A stretch of DNA of 64,000 bases from Bacillota bacterium (GCA_023404345.1 JAEYCB010000025.1:16221-80220), one strand, 5' to 3'. Positions 8,071-17,213 are shown, numbered from the stretch's first letter. A program made the numbers and translations. The notes: generated by a model not told the origin, from the sequence alone.

Positions 8071-9714
8071 TCAGCGATTGTCAGCCCTATTATGTTTCTT
8101 TATCAGCAGGCAGCATCCGCATCCCAGAGACAGCACCAGCAGCACCATCCACAGTGCCAGATGGGAGCCGTCGCCAGTCTTAGGCGGTTGCTGGGGAGCC
8201 GGCGCAGGCGTGGGTTGCGTTGTAGGAGTTGGCGTGGGCTCTGTTTCTTCCAATACCCATTCATCGCCATGCTGAACCAGACCGGCATTCTCGGGGTCCT
8301 CAACCTCCACTCCACTATCTGCTTCGTTATGCAGAGGAATAAACTCATCCGGGCATTCAATTTCTACATTTGGATCAAATACTACACTTACATGGCCGTT
8401 TGGTGCGTTGTTCTCCACCATAATGCCCAATTTGCTCTGGCCCTGGAAGGCAATGGAGCTTCCTGGACCAAATTCCAGCGTGGCACCGCCAGTAGCCTTA
8501 GAGTCTACATTTACAGCATACCAGGATTTTGCGCCCGTATTCATGGTGAGCTTGCCCTTCACAAAAGCATCGGAGCCATTGATCACCAGCGGTGCCCCCG
8601 CGGAGGCATTGGTATGGTCCAGCGTCATGTTTTCCAGAGTCACATTTTTCGCCTCATACAGGTTGAGGGTATGCTTGTTTTTGCCCGTGGTCTTGAGCGT
8701 ACCGTTTTTGATGGTTACGCCATCTCCCGTGACATTGAGCAGATGGCTGTCATTGGCATAGGAGCTCTTAAAGTCAGCGGAAGCGGTAATGGTATGGCCA
8801 TTAAGGTCCAGGGTTATATTGTTCTTGGTGATATCCAGCATCTTGTCAATCTGTACATCACCACTCAGTTTGATGGTGGCACCATCGCGCAGGTTAGCAT
8901 TAAACACCTGTTCGTTGAGATTGGTTTTGCCATCTACAATGATCGTGTGTCCCGATACGGAAACATTGGTGCCCGTAATGTTGGGATTCCAACCATAGCT
9001 CCCCTGATATGTATATCCAGCATATTCACTATTGGAAAAATCCTGCGTAAGGTTGGTAACCACCACATTGCCCTGACTTACCGTACTGGCACTGAGCCAT
9101 GCATCCATGGTAACATTGCTGATTGTAACCGTTCCGATATTCCTGGCGGTTCCGTCCTCATTATTCCCATTGATATAGATACTGCCGCCAAAAGATGTTC
9201 CCTCCTGATTTTTTAGCGGCAAAATCTTGATATTGCTCAGGTGCAGATCAGTCCCTGGTGCGCAAAGTTCAATTGCCTTGTTGCAAGTACCATAATAGTC
9301 ATTTCTGTTGGGCTGCAGGGTCACGCCATCAATGGAAACGTTCCTTCCAAAGATCGTAATGAAATTCTGATAATGCCAATTCCCCCCGGCGGTTTCACTG
9401 GGCCGTGCACTGGACGTAACAACGACCTCGCCTACACCATCCGCTTTTTTGATGGTCAGGTTGTCAGCATAAATCGGGAATACAAATTCGCGGTTTGCGC
9501 CATATGGATAATACCCGTTTCCAGTGTTCAATGCATCATAGGTACCAGCATTCGTAAACACCCATGTCTGACCATTCGCCTGCTCAGCGATGGCTTTGAC
9601 CAGGTCGGCACTGTTAGCAATGAGGACCTCTCCGTCTGCCAAAGCCCCTGCCGGCAACAGGCCAACGCACAGCAGCGCTGCCACGAGAATCACAATCCAC
9701 CCGCGACGCAACAT
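8071..9714 (-). CDS. Cell-wall-anchored surface protein with right-handed beta-helix (pectate-lyase-like) repeats and a (S/P)PXTG sorting signal
   Basis: N-terminal signal peptide (MLRRGWIVILVAALLCVGLLPAGALA). Repetitive N/G/T-rich beta-helix-like segments and a Pro/Thr linker (PTPTPTTQPTPAPAPQQ). PPKTGD is followed by a hydrophobic helix and a KKHNRADNR tail. Confidence 0.7.
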   Translation of the reverse strand: MLRRGWIVILVAALLCVGLLPAGALADGEVLIANSADLVKAIAEQANGQTWVFTNAGTYDALNTGNGYYPYGANREFVFPIYADNLTIKKADGVGEVVVTSSARPSETAGGNWHYQNFITIFGRNVSIDGVTLQPNRNDYYGTCNKAIELCAPGTDLHLSNIKILPLKNQEGTSFGGSIYINGNNEDGTARNIGTVTISNVTMDAWLSASTVSQGNVVVTNLTQDFSNSEYAGYTYQGSYGWNPNITGTNVSVSGHTIIVDGKTNLNEQVFNANLRDGATIKLSGDVQIDKMLDITKNNITLDLNGHTITASADFKSSYANDSHLLNVTGDGVTIKNGTLKTTGKNKHTLNLYEAKNVTLENMTLDHTNASAGAPLVINGSDAFVKGKLTMNTGAKSWYAVNVDSKATGGATLEFGPGSSIAFQGQSKLGIMVENNAPNGHVSVVFDPNVEIECPDEFIPLHNEADSGVEVEDPENAGLVQHGDEWVLEETEPTPTPTTQPTPAPAPQQPPKTGDGSHLALWMVLLVLSLGCGCCLLIKKHNRADNR

Positions 9715-9878
9715 AAAAGATTACCCCCTGATTTATTATTCCCTGGATATTTTTGATTGTTCCTTCGCGTTGGAATAAATTCCAATTATTTCCTAATACC
9801 GTCAAAGAATAACATCCAAATACTGTAAATTCAACATTATTTATAAATTTGTAAATTTTATCTTCTTTCTCAAATGGA

Positions 9879-9924
9879 TGAAAAAGAAAGAAGCACCCAG
9901 CCGTAATGCCGGATGCTTCTTTCT
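9879..9924 (-). terminator. Rho-independent terminator after pheT
   Basis: Minus strand: GAAAGAAGCA-loop-TGCTTCTTTC followed by TTTTTCATCC. Confidence 0.7.
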
Positions 9925-9958
9925 CAGTTTTTCTATAAAATATTGTCGCTTTTGCTGT

Positions 9959-12349
9959 TTAGGCTCTTACCGCAGCACCGTGCTTCTCAGCGCAGACGCT
10001 CGCCACCTTGTCCATAGCGGTCTGTACTTCTTCGTCGGTAAGGGTATGGTCAGGCGCGCGGAAGGTTAGCGAGAAAGCCACACTCTTTTTGCCCACGCCC
10101 ACCTGTGCGCCACGGTATACATCGAACATTTCCATGCTTTCCAGCAGCTTTCCAGCAGCCTTTCGCATATCGTTCATCAGCGGTCCCACCGCTATGCTCT
10201 CGTCCATAACCAGCGCCAGGTCGCGCTGCACAGCGGGGAAACGCGGCAACGGCTTCATTTCACCCATGGGCTTAGCGTAGGTTAACAAAGTTTGCAGATT
10301 GATTTCTGCCATCACAGCACGCTTGGGCATATCGAAGCGTTCGCGCACATCGGGGTGAACTTCACCCACAGTGGCAAAAATCACACCGCCTCGTACCAGA
10401 CGCGCACAGCGGCCTGGATGGTAGTACGCATCGCCGCCGGCTTCCACTTCGCAGGCGATGCCGCACGCGCGCAAAATGGCCTCCACCGCGCCACGCACAG
10501 TAAAGAAGTCCTCGTCGGGACCATAGGCACCCAAGCACAGGGTCTGCGTTTCGGTGGGCAGCCCCTCACCCATACGGGTATGGTGATCGAACACTGCCGC
10601 CATTTCATACAGGCGGGCAGCCTGCGTGGAGTGGTTCATGTTGAAAGCCAGCGTGCGCAGCATGCCACAGGCCAGTGTAGGCCGCATCACAGCCGCATCT
10701 TCGCCCAGAGGATTGAGAATAGGCATGGGTTCATTGCGAAGATCGTCCTCCGGCAGGCCCAGCTTCTGAATCTCCTTGATGCCGGTAAAGCTGAAATTCA
10801 TGATTTCCAGATAACCCATACCGGTAAGCAGGCGCGCCGCACGGTCCTTGAGAGCCTTCATGGGGCTGACGCCACCCTGGGTGGTCTGGCCGCTGAGCGG
10901 CGTGGCAGGAATGTGATGGTAGCCATAGATACGCAGGCATTCCTCGCACACATCGGCTTCACCATCCAGATCTTCGCGGAATGTCGGCACGGTTACAGTG
11001 AGGGTATCGTCATCAAGGTCGCACCCAAAGTGCAGTTTGCGCAGAATGCGCACCATGTCATCGGCAGGAATGTCAACACCGGCGCGTTCCTGAATGTTTT
11101 TCACGCTGGCGGTAATCACCTGCGCGGGCCGCGGGTTGGGATAGAGGTCGATCACGCCCGAAACCACATCGCCTGCGTCCAGAAGATTTACCAGCATGCA
11201 GGCACGGTCCAGCGCCTCCATCACGGTGCCAGGGGCCACGCCACGCTCAAAACGGCCACTGCTCTCCGTGCGCATGCCCAGGGCACGGCTGGTCAGACGA
11301 ATGGCAGTGCGGTCAAACGCCGCGCACTCGAACATTACGTCCGTGGTGCCCTCGGTGATTTCGCTTTCTTCACCGCCCATGATGCCAGCCAGGCCCGTGG
11401 CACGCTCCTCGTCGCAAATTACCAGGTCGTCGGTGCGCAGAGCACGCTCGTTGCCATCCAGCGTGGTCAACATCTCGCCCGGATGGGCACGGCGCACCAC
11501 GATCTGCCGCCCACGCACCTTGCTCAGGTCAAAGGCATGCATGGGGTGGCCATATTCCAGCATGATGTAGTTAGTAATATCCACAATGTTGTTGATGGCA
11601 CGAAGGCCCGCACCATGCAAATATTTGCGCAGCCACAGCGGCGAAGGCGCAATGCGCACGTTTTTGATCACGCGCGCGGCGTAGCGCGGGCACAGGTCCG
11701 GGGCCTCCACGCGCACCTTCACCTCGTCATGGATATCCCCGCCCGCTTCGGTCACGGTGATTTCGGGGGCATGGAACTCGGTATCCAGCGACGCCGCCGT
11801 CTCGCGCGCGATGCCGATGGCGCACAGGCAGTCCGGACGGTTGGCCAGGATTTCAAAGTCCACCGCCGTGTCGTCGATGCCCAAAATGGGCTTCACATCT
11901 GCGCCCAGGGGATAATCCTCCTGGAATACCAGAATGCCTTTCTCCTCGATATTGGGATAGAGCTCGGTGGGCACATGAAGCTCCTCGCCTGAGCAGATCA
12001 TGCCTTCGGAAACCATGCCGCGCAGCTTGCCCTTTTTAATCTTCACGCCGCCGGGCAGGTGCGCGCCATCCAGCGCCACGGGCACCAGCTGGCCTGCCGC
12101 CACGTTGGGCGCGCCGCACACAATGTGCAGAATTTCCGGGCCGCCCACATCCACTGTGCATTCATGCAGATGCGTGCCCTCTACATCCTTGCAGGTGAGC
12201 ACACGTCCCACCACCACTTTGTCTATGCCGCCGCTGATGTCCTCAGTGCCCTCCACGGCAGTACCGGTCATAATCATGCGCTGTGTATATTCCTCCGGAG
12301 TGACGGGAATGTCCACATACTGCCGGAGCATGTTCATCGCCAGTTTCAA
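9959..12349 (-). CDS. pheT: Phenylalanine--tRNA ligase beta subunit
   Basis: 796 aa. N-terminal MKLAMNMLRQYVDIPV..., tRNA-binding, B3/4, B5 and C-terminal FDX-ACB layout. Immediately downstream of pheS. Confidence 0.95.
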   Translation of the reverse strand: MKLAMNMLRQYVDIPVTPEEYTQRMIMTGTAVEGTEDISGGIDKVVVGRVLTCKDVEGTHLHECTVDVGGPEILHIVCGAPNVAAGQLVPVALDGAHLPGGVKIKKGKLRGMVSEGMICSGEELHVPTELYPNIEEKGILVFQEDYPLGADVKPILGIDDTAVDFEILANRPDCLCAIGIARETAASLDTEFHAPEITVTEAGGDIHDEVKVRVEAPDLCPRYAARVIKNVRIAPSPLWLRKYLHGAGLRAINNIVDITNYIMLEYGHPMHAFDLSKVRGRQIVVRRAHPGEMLTTLDGNERALRTDDLVICDEERATGLAGIMGGEESEITEGTTDVMFECAAFDRTAIRLTSRALGMRTESSGRFERGVAPGTVMEALDRACMLVNLLDAGDVVSGVIDLYPNPRPAQVITASVKNIQERAGVDIPADDMVRILRKLHFGCDLDDDTLTVTVPTFREDLDGEADVCEECLRIYGYHHIPATPLSGQTTQGGVSPMKALKDRAARLLTGMGYLEIMNFSFTGIKEIQKLGLPEDDLRNEPMPILNPLGEDAAVMRPTLACGMLRTLAFNMNHSTQAARLYEMAAVFDHHTRMGEGLPTETQTLCLGAYGPDEDFFTVRGAVEAILRACGIACEVEAGGDAYYHPGRCARLVRGGVIFATVGEVHPDVRERFDMPKRAVMAEINLQTLLTYAKPMGEMKPLPRFPAVQRDLALVMDESIAVGPLMNDMRKAAGKLLESMEMFDVYRGAQVGVGKKSVAFSLTFRAPDHTLTDEEVQTAMDKVASVCAEKHGAAVRA

Positions 12350-12398
12350 CGAAAAACGCCTCCTTCACACTTGGGGCGGAACCTGCCGCCCGCCCATC

Positions 12399-13427
12399 TT
12401 ACCTGAGCTGGCTCAAAAGCCGTGCGTCGCCCTCATAGAGCAGGCGCATATCACGGATGCCGTAACGCTGCATAGCGATGCGTTCCAGTCCGATGCCAAA
12501 CGCAAAGCCGCTATATCTGGACGGATCAATGCCGCACATCTCCAGCACCTTGGGATTGACCATGCCGGAGCCCAGCACCTCGATCCAGCCGGTGCCCTTG
12601 CAGATGCGGCAGCCCTTGCCATGACAGTTCACACAGGTGAGATCCACCTCGGCGCTGGGCTCGGTGAAGGGGAAGAAGCTGGGGCGGAACCGGGTGGTAA
12701 TATCCGGTCCGTAGAGTTTTTTTGCAAACGCCTCCAGCGTGCCGCGCAGGTCACTCATGCGCACGTGCTCATCCACCACCAGGCCCTCCATCTGGTGGAA
12801 CACCGGGCTGTGAGTGGCGTCCACCTCGTCGGAGCGGTACACGCGGCCGGGGCAGATGATACGGATAGGCGGCTTACGGGTGAGCATGGCACGCGCCTGC
12901 ATGGGGCTGGTATGCGTGCGCAGCACGATGTTTTCGTCCATGTAAAAGGTATCCTGCGCATCGCGGGCGGGGTGGTTCTTGGGCAAATTCATCAGTTCAA
13001 AGTTGTAATGGTCCAGCTCCACCTCCGGGCCTTCCATCACATCAAACCCCATGCCAGTGAAGCATTCGATCAACTCGTTCATCACAAGGGTGATGGGGTG
13101 CTCGCTACCCACCTGAGGCAGGGGTCGCGGCTCGGTTACATCGATGGTTTCAGCCTTAAGGGCCGCGGCGCGCTCAGCAGTGCGGATGCGTGCCTGGGCC
13201 TGATCCATGCGCTCGGTGAGCCACTGGCGCACCTCATTGATCTGAGCGCCCACCTTGGGCCGATCTTCAGGCGCCAGTTGTCCCATGCCCTTGAGCAGTG
13301 CGGTCAGCTCGCCCTTTTTGCCAAGCACCCTTACGCGCAGGTTTTCCAGCGCGGCGGAGCCGTCAAGGGCCTGAAGCTCCTCCTCAACCCGCCTTTTGAT
13401 GTCGCTCAGCGTATCCACAACAGACAT
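12399..13427 (-). CDS. pheS: Phenylalanine--tRNA ligase alpha subunit
   Basis: MSVVDTLSDIKRRVEEEL..., class II motifs (FRPSFFPFTEPSAEVD, GFAFGIGLERIAM). AAGGAGGAA SD before ATG 13427. The tracked ORF start (13481) lies inside the T-box terminator. Confidence 0.95.
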   Translation of the reverse strand: MSVVDTLSDIKRRVEEELQALDGSAALENLRVRVLGKKGELTALLKGMGQLAPEDRPKVGAQINEVRQWLTERMDQAQARIRTAERAAALKAETIDVTEPRPLPQVGSEHPITLVMNELIECFTGMGFDVMEGPEVELDHYNFELMNLPKNHPARDAQDTFYMDENIVLRTHTSPMQARAMLTRKPPIRIICPGRVYRSDEVDATHSPVFHQMEGLVVDEHVRMSDLRGTLEAFAKKLYGPDITTRFRPSFFPFTEPSAEVDLTCVNCHGKGCRICKGTGWIEVLGSGMVNPKVLEMCGIDPSRYSGFAFGIGLERIAMQRYGIRDMRLLYEGDARLLSQLR

Positions 13428-13458
13428 GACAGGTTCCTCCTTATCAAAACTTCGTTTA

Positions 13459-13735
13459 CAACAGAAAAGCCTCCGCCCCATGCGTACATGGGACGAAGGC
13501 TACTGCCGCGTTGTACCACCCAACTTTCGCACAGGCAACCCCATAAGGGCACACCGATGCGCTCTTGACCAGTAACGCGGCCTAAACGTTTCCCTCTACT
13601 TGATGCAGCGTTCAAAGGAAAAGCTCAGAAGCGAATGTCCCGCAGCCCCGGCAGGCGGCTTGCAGCCCGCGCCTTGGCGCGTGCCGCCCTCTCTGGGTCA
13701 GGGCGATGAGGCGGGCGTTGTTCTTCGTCATCGCA
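13459..13735 (-). promoter_or_regulatory. T-box leader (Phe-specific) of pheST
   Basis: Minus strand shows, in order: stem I base UUGCGAUGACGAAGAAC; an AGAGA motif; a specifier-loop candidate GGGACAUUCGC containing the Phe codon UUC; the T-box sequence AAGUUGGGUGGUACAACGCGG (+ strand 13506-13526); and a terminator GCCUUCGUCCCAUG-UACG-CAUGGGGCGGAGGC + UUUUCUGUU. Confidence 0.85.
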
Positions 13736-13740
13736 AGGGC

Positions 13741-13769
13741 ATTATAGCACGGGTTTTGTCGTTTGGCAA
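13741..13769 (-). promoter_or_regulatory. Promoter TTGCCA-17-TATAAT driving the T-box/pheST transcript
   Basis: On the minus strand, TTGCCA is at 13769-13764 and TATAAT at 13746-13741. Confidence 0.6.
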
Positions 13770-13775
13770 GCGGGC

Positions 13776-14087
13776 TTAGTCCATCCCCTCCATGCCCTCG
13801 ATGCCCCGGTCTGAACGCAGCTGACGCATGTCAGAGCGCGATGCTTCAGCCGCAGGCGAGGCCATAGTGGGCGCTGCCTTTTTGTCTGCCTCATGTAAAA
13901 AGGCATCCTGCGCCATGCAGCGCGCAACGCACTGCCGCGCCATGGCCGTCAGGCTCAAGCCGCGGGCCTGAGCATAGGCCTGCCAGTGCAGGCGATCCTC
14001 AGAAGTTAACTCAATATTGACCTGTGCGCGGCCATTTTTGGCTCGATATCGGCTGGCTGCCTGTTTCTGGGCGGGAGTCTGGGGCAT
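13776..14087 (-). CDS. Small ribbon-helix-helix-like hypothetical protein
   Basis: 103 aa from ATG 14087 (GAGG SD). N-terminal pattern KQAASRYRAKNGRAQVNIELTSEDRLHWQAYAQARGLSLTAMARQCV resembles Arc/CopG-type RHH proteins. Has its own strong promoter. Confidence 0.4.
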   Translation of the reverse strand: MPQTPAQKQAASRYRAKNGRAQVNIELTSEDRLHWQAYAQARGLSLTAMARQCVARCMAQDAFLHEADKKAAPTMASPAAEASRSDMRQLRSDRGIEGMEGMD

Positions 14088-14145
14088 GATGCATCGCCTC
14101 GCTTTCGGAATGAAGCCGGTTGTTTCACTGCTTTCTTTAGCTCCT

Positions 14146-14174
14146 ATTGTAGCGCGGCTTGGACCTTCCGTCAA
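14146..14174 (-). promoter_or_regulatory. Promoter TTGACG-17-TACAAT for the small RHH-like gene
   Basis: On the minus strand, TTGACG is at 14174-14169 and TACAAT at 14151-14146. Confidence 0.55.
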
Positions 14175-14192
14175 ACGGGCCGGCCAAAAACT

Positions 14193-15425
14193 TTATCTCT
14201 CGTCTGCCGTTCCCGCGCCTTCCTTTTCATCCTCTTTTTGAAGCAGTCTGTGGCAGGTCGCATCCATGCCCAAAGCCCCCAGTGGCGCAGTAATGAGAAT
14301 GCCCAGCACGGCCACCGACAGCACCATAGGGCCACATGCCAGCCCCATGGCCAGCGGTACCGACCCGATGGCCGCCTGTACTGTGGCCTTGGGCAGGTAG
14401 GCAATTACGCAAAAGAGCCGCTCCCGCCGGGAAAGAGCCGTGCCCAGCAGGCAGATCCACACGCCCAGCGACCGAAAAGCCAACGCCGCAAAAATCATAC
14501 CCACGGCAGCCAGACCCGCCTCCAGTGTATAACGGATATCCACGGCTGCCCCCACCAGCACAAACAAAAGCACCTCCGCCGCCAGCCATAGCTTTCCGAA
14601 CTTTTCGGACAGCCGTCTGGACACAAAGGCGGTGCTCTTCCGCCTAAGCATGCAGGCCATTGTCACCACTGCCAGCAGTCCGGACAAAGGGACCGTATCC
14701 TCAACCCATGTTTCTATTGCCATCATCAGAAAGGCGAATCCCAACACAATCAGCACTTTCATGCTGTTGCGCACGCAGCGGCGGTGCGCATAGGCCGTTT
14801 CAAAAAACAAACTGAGCATCCAGCCCGTTGCAGCACCCAGCGCTACGCCCATTACGATGGATACTGGTACGCTGGCAAGATCAGCCAGATGCGCCTGTCC
14901 ACCCTGCGCCATGCCTGTAAACGTAGTAAAGAGCACAATCACATAGATATCGTCACACGAGGCACCCGCCATAATCATCTGCGGGATACTCTTGGCGGTT
15001 CCCCGGCGTTCGTCTATCAAGCGCACCATGCGCGGCACCACTACAGCGGGCGACACTGCGCCCATTACCGCACCCATGACGGCTGCTTCCAGCCATGTGA
15101 CATCCAGAAGCACCGGCGCAATGAACACAAAGGCCAGAATCTCAAATGTGGCGGGAATACAGGCCATCATTGCTGCGGGGCGCCCCACCCGTTTGAGATC
15201 TTCCAGGTTCAGTGACAGGCCCGCTTTGAGCAAAATAATCACCAGCGCCATCTGGCGCAGATCCGCAGAAGCAGCCAGGATCAATGGGTCCAGTGCATTG
15301 AGCGCATACGGTCCCAGCAAGATGCCAGTGGCCAGCATGCCGATGATTCGCGGGCAATGCAGCCATTGACAAACGGCTGCCGCAGTCAGTCCGATCAAAA
15401 AGATAAGTGCAAGTGATGTAAGCAT
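14193..15425 (-). CDS. Cation/proton antiporter (Na_H_Exchanger, CPA-type)
   Basis: About 410 aa, polytopic (about 11-12 hydrophobic helices by eye), with the ATGILLGPYALN motif region. GGGGAGGAA SD before ATG 15425. The tracked ORF start (15491) lies inside the leader terminator. Confidence 0.8.
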   Translation of the reverse strand: MLTSLALIFLIGLTAAAVCQWLHCPRIIGMLATGILLGPYALNALDPLILAASADLRQMALVIILLKAGLSLNLEDLKRVGRPAAMMACIPATFEILAFVFIAPVLLDVTWLEAAVMGAVMGAVSPAVVVPRMVRLIDERRGTAKSIPQMIMAGASCDDIYVIVLFTTFTGMAQGGQAHLADLASVPVSIVMGVALGAATGWMLSLFFETAYAHRRCVRNSMKVLIVLGFAFLMMAIETWVEDTVPLSGLLAVVTMACMLRRKSTAFVSRRLSEKFGKLWLAAEVLLFVLVGAAVDIRYTLEAGLAAVGMIFAALAFRSLGVWICLLGTALSRRERLFCVIAYLPKATVQAAIGSVPLAMGLACGPMVLSVAVLGILITAPLGALGMDATCHRLLQKEDEKEGAGTADER

Positions 15426-15446
15426 GGTTTCCTCCCCTGCGGACGC

Positions 15447-15540
15447 AAAAAAGCTGATGGCTTCTGCGATCCGTTCATCGTCAGAAGTCATCAGCTTGAA
15501 AAAGCGGTTTGGGTCACCCCTGGGAGAACTTCATTCCCTG
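15447..15540 (-). promoter_or_regulatory. Fluoride riboswitch (crcB RNA motif) with terminator expression platform
   Basis: Minus strand reads CA-GGGAAUGAAGUUCUCCC-AGGGGUGACCC-AAAC-C-GCUU-UUUC-AAGC-UGAUGACUUCUG. By eye this matches the fluoride consensus (GGnGAUGgnGUUCnCC..AAAC.GC..GCUgAUGAyuCCU). Loop GAAGU can pair with the downstream ACUUC (pseudoknot). That ACUUC is also part of the 5' arm of the terminator AGCUGAUGaCUUCUG-N15-CAGAAGcCAUCAGCU + UUUUUU. The extra 11-nt hairpin after P1 is atypical. Confidence 0.7.
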
Positions 15541-15545
15541 CGGTC

Positions 15546-15575
15546 ATCATAGCAGATGGTTGCGGGAACTGTCAA
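15546..15575 (-). promoter_or_regulatory. Promoter TTGACA-18-TATGAT for the riboswitch-antiporter transcript
   Basis: On the minus strand, TTGACA is at 15575-15570 and TATGAT at 15551-15546. This puts the predicted TSS at the first riboswitch nucleotides. Confidence 0.6.
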
Positions 15576-15598
15576 CCCGTTTTTCAGAAAATCGCTGG

Positions 15599-17035
15599 TT
15601 ACACACTCAACTCCTGCTTCTCGCCAAGTAACGAGCGGTTTTCCTCCAGCACAGGCCGGATGACATCCCGCAAAAATTCCTCCACCTGCTCCGCACTGCG
15701 GCCCGTGAAATTGGCGGGTTCCAAAATGGACTCAATCTCCTCCCGGGTAACCATAAAGGCCGGGTCGGCGGCGATTCGGTCAATCAAATCGTTTTTGCCG
15801 CCCTCTTCCTTGACCACGCGGGCCGCGGCCTGGCTGTGTACGCGCAGCTTCTCATGCAGCTGCTGGCGGTCGCCACCGCGCTTGACAGCGTCCATCATGA
15901 TGTTTTCGGTCGCCATGAAGGGCAGCTCGTTCATCACGCGCGCACGCACAACCTTTTCGTATACCACCAGCCCATCGCACACGTTCATCATAATATTGAG
16001 GATAGCGTCCACGCCCAAGAATGCTTCACTTACAGCGATGCGGCGATTGGCACTGTCATCCAGCGTGCGCTCAAACCACTGGGTAGCAGCAGTGACAGCG
16101 GCGTTAAGCGTATCCACCATCACATAACGGCTTAGCGACGTAATGCGCTCGCAGCGCATGGGGTTCCGCTTATAAGGCATGGCGGAGGAACCAATCTGGC
16201 TGGCCTCGAAGGGCTCCTCCATCTCCTTGAAGTTTTGCAGAAGGCGCATGTCATAGCTGAACTTGCTGGCAGACTGCGCAATGCCGGAAAGCGTACTTAC
16301 CACCATATAGTCCATCTTGCGGCTATAGGTCTGCCCGCTGACGGGGACCACGCGTGAGAAGCCCATTTCAGTGGCGATGTCTTGTTCGATCTGGCGGATC
16401 TTTTGGCTGTCGCCGCCCAAAAGTTCCACAAAACTGGCCTGCGTACCCGTGGTACCCTTGCTGCCCAGCAGGGCCAAAGTGGCGATGCGGTGCTCTATCT
16501 CCTCAAAATCCATATACAGTTCGTTCAGCCATAGGGTGGCGCGCTTGCCCACGGTGGTCAGCTGCGCGGGCTGTAAATGCGTATAGGCCAAGGCGGGCAG
16601 TGCCTTGTACTTTTCTGCAAAATGCGAAAGCAGATCCATCACGTTGAGTACCTTGCGGCGCACAATTTCCAGGCCCTGCTTCATGATAATCACGTCGGTA
16701 TTGTCACCCACGTAGCAGCTGGTGGCGCCCAAGTGGATGATGCCCCTCGCCTTGGGGCACTGCAGGCCATAGGCATAGACATGACTCATTACATCATGGC
16801 GGCATTCACGTTCGCGGCGCTGAGCGTCGTCATAATTGATATCGTCCTTATGGGCTTCCAGCTCAGCGATCTGCTCATCGGTGATGGGCAGGCCCTGCTT
16901 CTGCTCAGCACGCGCCAGGGCAATCCACAGCCGGCGCCAGGTACGGAACTTGTTGTCCTCGGAAAAGACAAACTGCATCTCCGGGCTTGCATACCGGGTG
17001 GAAAAGGGGCTGATATACCGGGAATGATCGGACAT
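15599..17035 (-). CDS. purB: Adenylosuccinate lyase
   Basis: MSDHSRYISPFSTRYASPEMQFVFS..., fumarate-lyase signature GSSAMPYKRNPMRCE. ATG 17035 is chosen over the longer tracked ORF. Confidence 0.9.
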   Translation of the reverse strand: MSDHSRYISPFSTRYASPEMQFVFSEDNKFRTWRRLWIALARAEQKQGLPITDEQIAELEAHKDDINYDDAQRRERECRHDVMSHVYAYGLQCPKARGIIHLGATSCYVGDNTDVIIMKQGLEIVRRKVLNVMDLLSHFAEKYKALPALAYTHLQPAQLTTVGKRATLWLNELYMDFEEIEHRIATLALLGSKGTTGTQASFVELLGGDSQKIRQIEQDIATEMGFSRVVPVSGQTYSRKMDYMVVSTLSGIAQSASKFSYDMRLLQNFKEMEEPFEASQIGSSAMPYKRNPMRCERITSLSRYVMVDTLNAAVTAATQWFERTLDDSANRRIAVSEAFLGVDAILNIMMNVCDGLVVYEKVVRARVMNELPFMATENIMMDAVKRGGDRQQLHEKLRVHSQAAARVVKEEGGKNDLIDRIAADPAFMVTREEIESILEPANFTGRSAEQVEEFLRDVIRPVLEENRSLLGEKQELSV

Positions 17036-17114
17036 GGGGTGCCCTCCTACGTCTGCAAAAATAGGATATCCAAAACAATTATACCACCAACCGCCCTCTT
17101 TCGCAAACATCGTG

Positions 17115-17141
17115 AAAAATTTCCGAACGTTCGTAGCAAAA
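17115..17141. promoter_or_regulatory. PurBox-like PurR operator (palindromic core CGAACGTTCG)
   Basis: AAAAATTTCCGAACGTTCGTAGCAAAA fits the Bacillus PurBox AWWWCCGAACWWT on both strands. Lies between the divergent purB and purR genes. Confidence 0.55.
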
Positions 17142-17213
17142 AGTGCTGGAAATATTCAGTATTGTGTGCTATACTGTGCTGGATATTTCACCCTGGATGC
17201 AAGGAGGAAGCCC

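Noticed and set aside
8005-9216. 403-aa ORF antisense to the surface-protein gene
   Set aside because: The sense strand encodes a coherent protein from signal peptide to sorting signal. The antisense frame lacks any features.
10292-13568. Two long plus-strand ORFs (566 and 522 aa) opposite pheT and pheS
   Set aside because: pheT and pheS are unambiguous, so these are antisense artefacts.
15426-15491. N-terminal 22-aa extension of the antiporter ORF (MTSDDERIAEAISFFASAGEET)
   Set aside because: It is encoded by the terminator hairpin of the riboswitch leader. A good SD precedes ATG 15425.
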